Below, piece after piece: positions 59,101 to 64,000 of a stretch of 64,000 nt of DNA (the first letter of the stretch is position 1; every line of letters begins with the position of its first letter). The notes under the pieces were generated by a model that did no database searches, was not told the DNA's origin, and saw only the letters and a program-made list of their open reading frames with translations. Position numbers and translations under genes: made by a program. The DNA is from Balanoglossus misakiensis (taxonomy: Eukaryota; Animalia; Hemichordata), in assembly GCA_040954595.2 (NCBI GenBank), contig CM082581.2, positions 12,522,286 through 12,586,285 of the forward strand. The letters are read 5' to 3'.

Positions 59101-62100
59101 ATTAATCAACTCGCGCACATTAAACCAGATAGTGAAATATTGGCTACATGCGAAGTGCAATGCTAATTTACGAGAACCTTAATGAAAATTGAATGTGGCT
59201 GATTCGTCTTACGCGATGTTACTCACGGACGAGGTTAAGATGCCGTGCCTTTGGGGCCCTTACGTATTTCAAAGAATATCCTGACGTCCGCGAAGAAACC
59301 CGAAGACGAGCTTCCCTCCAGGCCTTTGCTCAAATAGACGGCATTCGGCGATGTGCCTGTGATCTCGGCAACAAAGTCATAATTCGGAAAGACGTTTGAG
59401 AGACGGTTATCCACCCACAGTCATAAAATATTTATGTCCGACTGTTCGGGTACCTCCAATTATATCTCCGAGATTTTACATCACACGTAGATCGTTAAGG
59501 GGTAAAAAGAAATCGGCGATGTGACTTGGGGGCGAAGTGAGCGCTTATCGGAAATACTGACTAAACGGGGAGATCATTCTGTTAGTTTTGTTTTATGTCT
59601 TTGGTACAGGGGTTCCGGTGGTGGCCATTTTGCATCGAATCAGGATTCATAGCCCCATGAAATCCCGGGAGCAACAAATTGGAAGCGGTGGGATGCATAT
59701 TGGGCTGTAAACGTTACGGACTTGTCTTATCTACACGTTTATCATTCAGAACCAAACCACTGTAAAAAAGTTAAACGTGTTTTAGATTTGATTTACCGCG
59801 CCAGTTTTGTCTCTCTGAGAATCGCCTACCCTCATTAACCCCAATGGAACGTTTTTACACCCTTTGCACTGTGTTCGTGTCATCGGGGACTCGTGTATTT
59901 TCTTTTCTCCCTCTCTCTCTCTGTACACGTATGCTCAGGCGGTGATAGACCCTGAGGACATTTGTATTCACAGACCTGGCATAAGCCCTATAAAGTGGAT
60001 ACTTTTTGCGGAGGTGTGGTCGTTGTGCAATGCACTGTGTGAGAGCGAACCCCTCAAAGACCAATCGGCATATTTCTGGCGAGAACGTCAGCTCAATCAG
60101 TCCCTTCTACAATCAGTGCAGTGAACCAACCCCCGAAGCCTTGCTGTACTACAAATGCTTCAATACAAAGTCCTTATGTAAACGGATAAACTTACGCATA
60201 CTGCACTTTCAAAACTGAATCTACACACTAACGTTTACCCCATAGGCCATGCGAGAAGTTCGTGACAGACAGACAGGCAGACAGATTATAACAACTGAAG
60301 AAGAACAGTACACACAGATGTAACATAAGGGATTGCCAATAATTATGGGCAGGGGGTGACCGGGATAATTGTAAAAGCTCTGCAATGACGCAATGATTTT
60401 GATACTACGAACCTTAAGCATGCAGCTGGCCAAAATAGCATTATTCCCTTGTCAGTGTTAAGAGGTGGTCCTCCTAAGTGAGATTTTTGTCAGTAACTGT
60501 AGTGGTCTGTTGAATACAAAGCCCGATAAACAAAAGTACAGGGTATGTACAAATTCCGACTGAAATCATGACACAATTTCTTTGAATCGCCTCCCCCCGA
60601 ACACATAGACGTTATCATATCAAAAGAACCTATCCGCTTTCTTGTGTTGAGGAGAACTTATAATTGTACCAAAGGGGGTAAAAAAGCACACGGAATTGTG
60701 CACAACACAACCGTATGAACGATGCACTCGTGAACAGGAGGCAGGACTCATAAGCTACTTACCACACGCCATGGTTTGAGTGAAGTGTTTCTAACACTGT
60801 TTGCTCCATTTCTGTTGTGTGTGTGCTAAATTCAACAGACATCACTCAATGTTCCCAGCTCAGGGAGAGAATTAAATCCACCATACGACTATCATTAATT
60901 AGGTATTAGGAACTTAATAACGTTGATTCTCTCTCTCGCCCCCCCCCTCCCCCCCCTCTCTCTCACCCACGCCAGGCCTCTCTCTTCTCCCCCACCCCTT
61001 TCGATGTTGGATGCGCAGTCGCATGACAGGTCCCAAGCCCTGGGGGCCCTGCTCTGTTGACTGCATCGCCGGATTGAAAAAATGAAAGCTCTAAGTCTTG
61101 TGACGAGGACCTATTTAAACGTATGAATGATGTCCTGATTGTTTGGCGCAGCGGATTGATTTATTTAGAGGAATTATCGGTCGGTATTTTATCACTGCAT
61201 AATGACTTAGAACAGATGTTTTCTTTATCGGAGTTATCCGCACCGCTATACATTTTCTAAATAACTAGGGCGAGCGCTTGACCAAAAAGTGTTTCATCGA
61301 ACGACTAGCTGATAGAAGATTAGGGCGTCAAGTCTCCTTCTGCTGTTTGACGAAAGTGGTATTACATGTGCAGATATTTAAATAATAGATAAAATTGAAC
61401 AGGATCACAGCGACCGTGAATGCGCGATATGCTATTAGTTATTATGGTTTGTAGTCTTGTCGATAATCGTTGGGTAAAGACTTTTACCAGGTTTGAATGG
61501 ACCTATTCCTTTATATTAATTTAGAGAGGTAATTAGGTATTAAAATAAACATTAAAGGGGCTAAGGTGTTTTAGGGACCCCTACAGGTGTAATCAGACAT
61601 TCGGTTTCTTGCGTTGAGGGCAAGAGCGCGATTTGAAATGCGCACAAATTAGGCCATCGCAGACTGACAAAATGGCGGCGACACGGACTATTTTGATCCA
61701 TTTGCACGTGACAATTCCAATTATTGCGATGCAATCGGTGTATTGCGTTGCCAATGCGCACGTTTAATGAAATATTGCTTAGAATCCACTGTTTGGTCCT
61801 AAATATAACCATGATAGTACTATGAGTATGTGTGTGCGTGTGTGCATGTGTGTTTAATTAACACAAAATATACGTCTGCACATTTATATAGGCAATGCTC
61901 TTCATAAATTCTTTATGCACTTTTCATGTCATCCAATCTGCTTCGAAATTTCCAATTTCACTCCGATTTGAGTCTCCAGATTGCCCAACCCTTCAGCCAA
62001 TTCACAGAACCAATAATTAAAGCTTATATCCGAGGGACGGGATAATCGAACGAGTTGATAACACCTGATGCAGTGATTACAGCGAGAATGGTAACGTCCT

Positions 62101-64000
62101 TCATTTCCCGCCAAAACCATTCTAATTTTGTACTTGATCACGCCTCAGAAGTTTTTGTACATCACCGACTCTCGGTCTCCTTGATTTATGTACGCTATGC
62201 AGGCAGTCGACTTTGGCTACGATTATATCGATATGCCGAAAAAAAACGATTCGCCTGTTTCGGTGTATGAAACGGAAATTATAATCAACCAGCTCGGTCA
62301 TTTATTTTTTTCTTTCTTAGTAAATCGAACTGCGTCGGGTGGTGACCTTGAACAAACGCGTAATTTATAATTTGATTTCCAACTAACTATATTTATGAGG
62401 AATCCGACGTCGCGAAACGACAACTAGTATGCGCACTTCTTCAATTGTCTTCTGGAAACGTGAGAGCAGGCATGTCTTCACCTTCTCCCACTGAGCAAAC
62501 CTCCGCGTCTAAAACGTGTTTACTAATGGTCTTTCTTTTCATAAACTGAAAGCGATGGCGAAACGAAGGTCTCGTGCACCGCATCGATTAGCATCAATCG
62601 CATGGCAACAATTAGTATTCATTGGGGGTATTTGGGGACGTATCAAATGTCCAAGCAATTCCAGGAGAAACTTCATTTGCAATACAACAGTGCGTTCACT
62701 GCGTGGTGCAAAGAATATTGTTATCGCCCGGTTAGAGGTCCTGGAAATTCTTAAACAAGGTATTGCTACCCGCGTGGACTGCTGGAAAATATAAATTAAA
62801 ATATCTCCATTGTGTTCCCATGGTACATCCAACACACCATCGGTTCTGTTAATTAACAAATCTCTGTTGCATGCTGCCAAAACATATCTAACTTCAAGTG
62901 ATTGGTATCGGACTGGAAAAAATGCGAAAATTCTTAGCACAGGTGTGTGGTAGGAATTTCACACAAGAGACGGACATGCGCAAAGTAGTACTTATAAAAT
63001 GGCTCAATTCGCAAGAGAGCGAATGTCGCATGATGTTGAAAATGGGGCACAGACGACTGGTAGCCTCAATTAGTTTAAAATGACAGGAAAATTAAGGAAT
63101 TCTTGTTAGTCTTGAAAGGTTTATAAACGAGGGGGTATAAATGTGGCACATAACTGCGATTGATACAAAGAAATGAGAACTCCTAAAGAAATACTTTGGC
63201 AGACAAAATAGGAAATATTATAGGGACTATTGATGACATCGCCGTGTCACTGTTATTCCACTGTGCGTTTCTTTAATATTGTTATTTCTAAGCTCCGAGC
63301 AAACCCCGAACAAAATGCACGGACAGCAATGACCACAAGGAGACTTCTGTCAAGTGACAAATTTATTTCGATTTGGAGCCAAGGAGTTCTCAGCAAACGT
63401 CAGTTATCTGTCAACGTCAACATTAACCCTCTCACCTGCGCGACATGATCTCGGCACGAGTCTGACATGCTCTCGCGAACTTTTAACCGAAGCGATTATT
63501 ATTCAAAGAAGTAGTCTTATTATCGGTGAAGATCATTTTGAAAACGCCTATACGATCAAGTGTAGTGTGAAGCATACGTTTTGACAACAAAGTTCAATGA
63601 TATCAAATTTGCATAAAGAGATATTCAAGATGGCCGCCAAACCCCAAAACTATGGAGAGGGAATACAGGGTACTACGTTATGTATTTTGCTGTCCGTAAA
63701 CTATGGTTATAACTTGTATGCTATTTATAGCTCATTGAGCATACTGTCACTCTAGCTATGCACGCAATCAATACCCAGTAATCGGATGCATTTACACCGG
63801 CAAATGTTTATACTCGCCTGAACAGATTTTTCAGAACCCATACTTGAAGTCCGGCTTTTGAGAATGTTCTAAATGTCTGATTTTGGATCAGTTCTAGCGT
63901 GTCTAAAACTAATGGTATGATACACTGTACATGTGTTATTGTACCAGATGTATTCGGGCGTAGATGGAAAGTAAACACTATTATTCGCCGGCTATTGTTT

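Noticed and set aside
62539-62940. 133-aa minus-strand ORF and other short ORFs in the terminal region
   Set aside because: No recognisable domain, codon bias or consistent splice structure.

Overview
Intron-rich, AT-rich animal genomic DNA. Gene content and repeat style suggest a marine invertebrate deuterostome (hemichordate/echinoderm-like), but that is inference only. Positions 1-53.2 kb hold 11 tightly packed protein-coding genes in strictly alternating orientation: glutamine synthetase (+, 5' partial), an SLC36/AAAP amino-acid transporter (-), NOP14 (+), an intronless rhodopsin-class GPCR (-), an SLC16/MCT transporter (+), CFAP206 (-), RNPC3/U11-U12-65K (+), PI4K type II (-), TCERG1 (+), a SAXO/FAM154 protein (-) and a CD225/dispanin-like membrane protein with GGYPQH-type repeats (+). 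The last ~10.8 kb has no recognisable coding sequence. The best non-coding signals are: a candidate box C/D snoRNA in a NOP14 intron with a 13-nt guide complementary to a conserved 28S rRNA segment; a textbook U12-type intron in RNPC3 itself; two GC-AG introns in NOP14; a 1.4-kb TTAA-flanked piggyBac-like element and several hairpin MITEs; RFX X-boxes upstream of the ciliary genes and of the GPCR; and an unusually long, structured TCERG1 intron. There are no CRISPR arrays, tRNAs or rRNA genes. Gene models were assembled by eye from splice signals and reading phase. Family assignments and rRNA/miRNA matches come from recalled sequences, not database searches.
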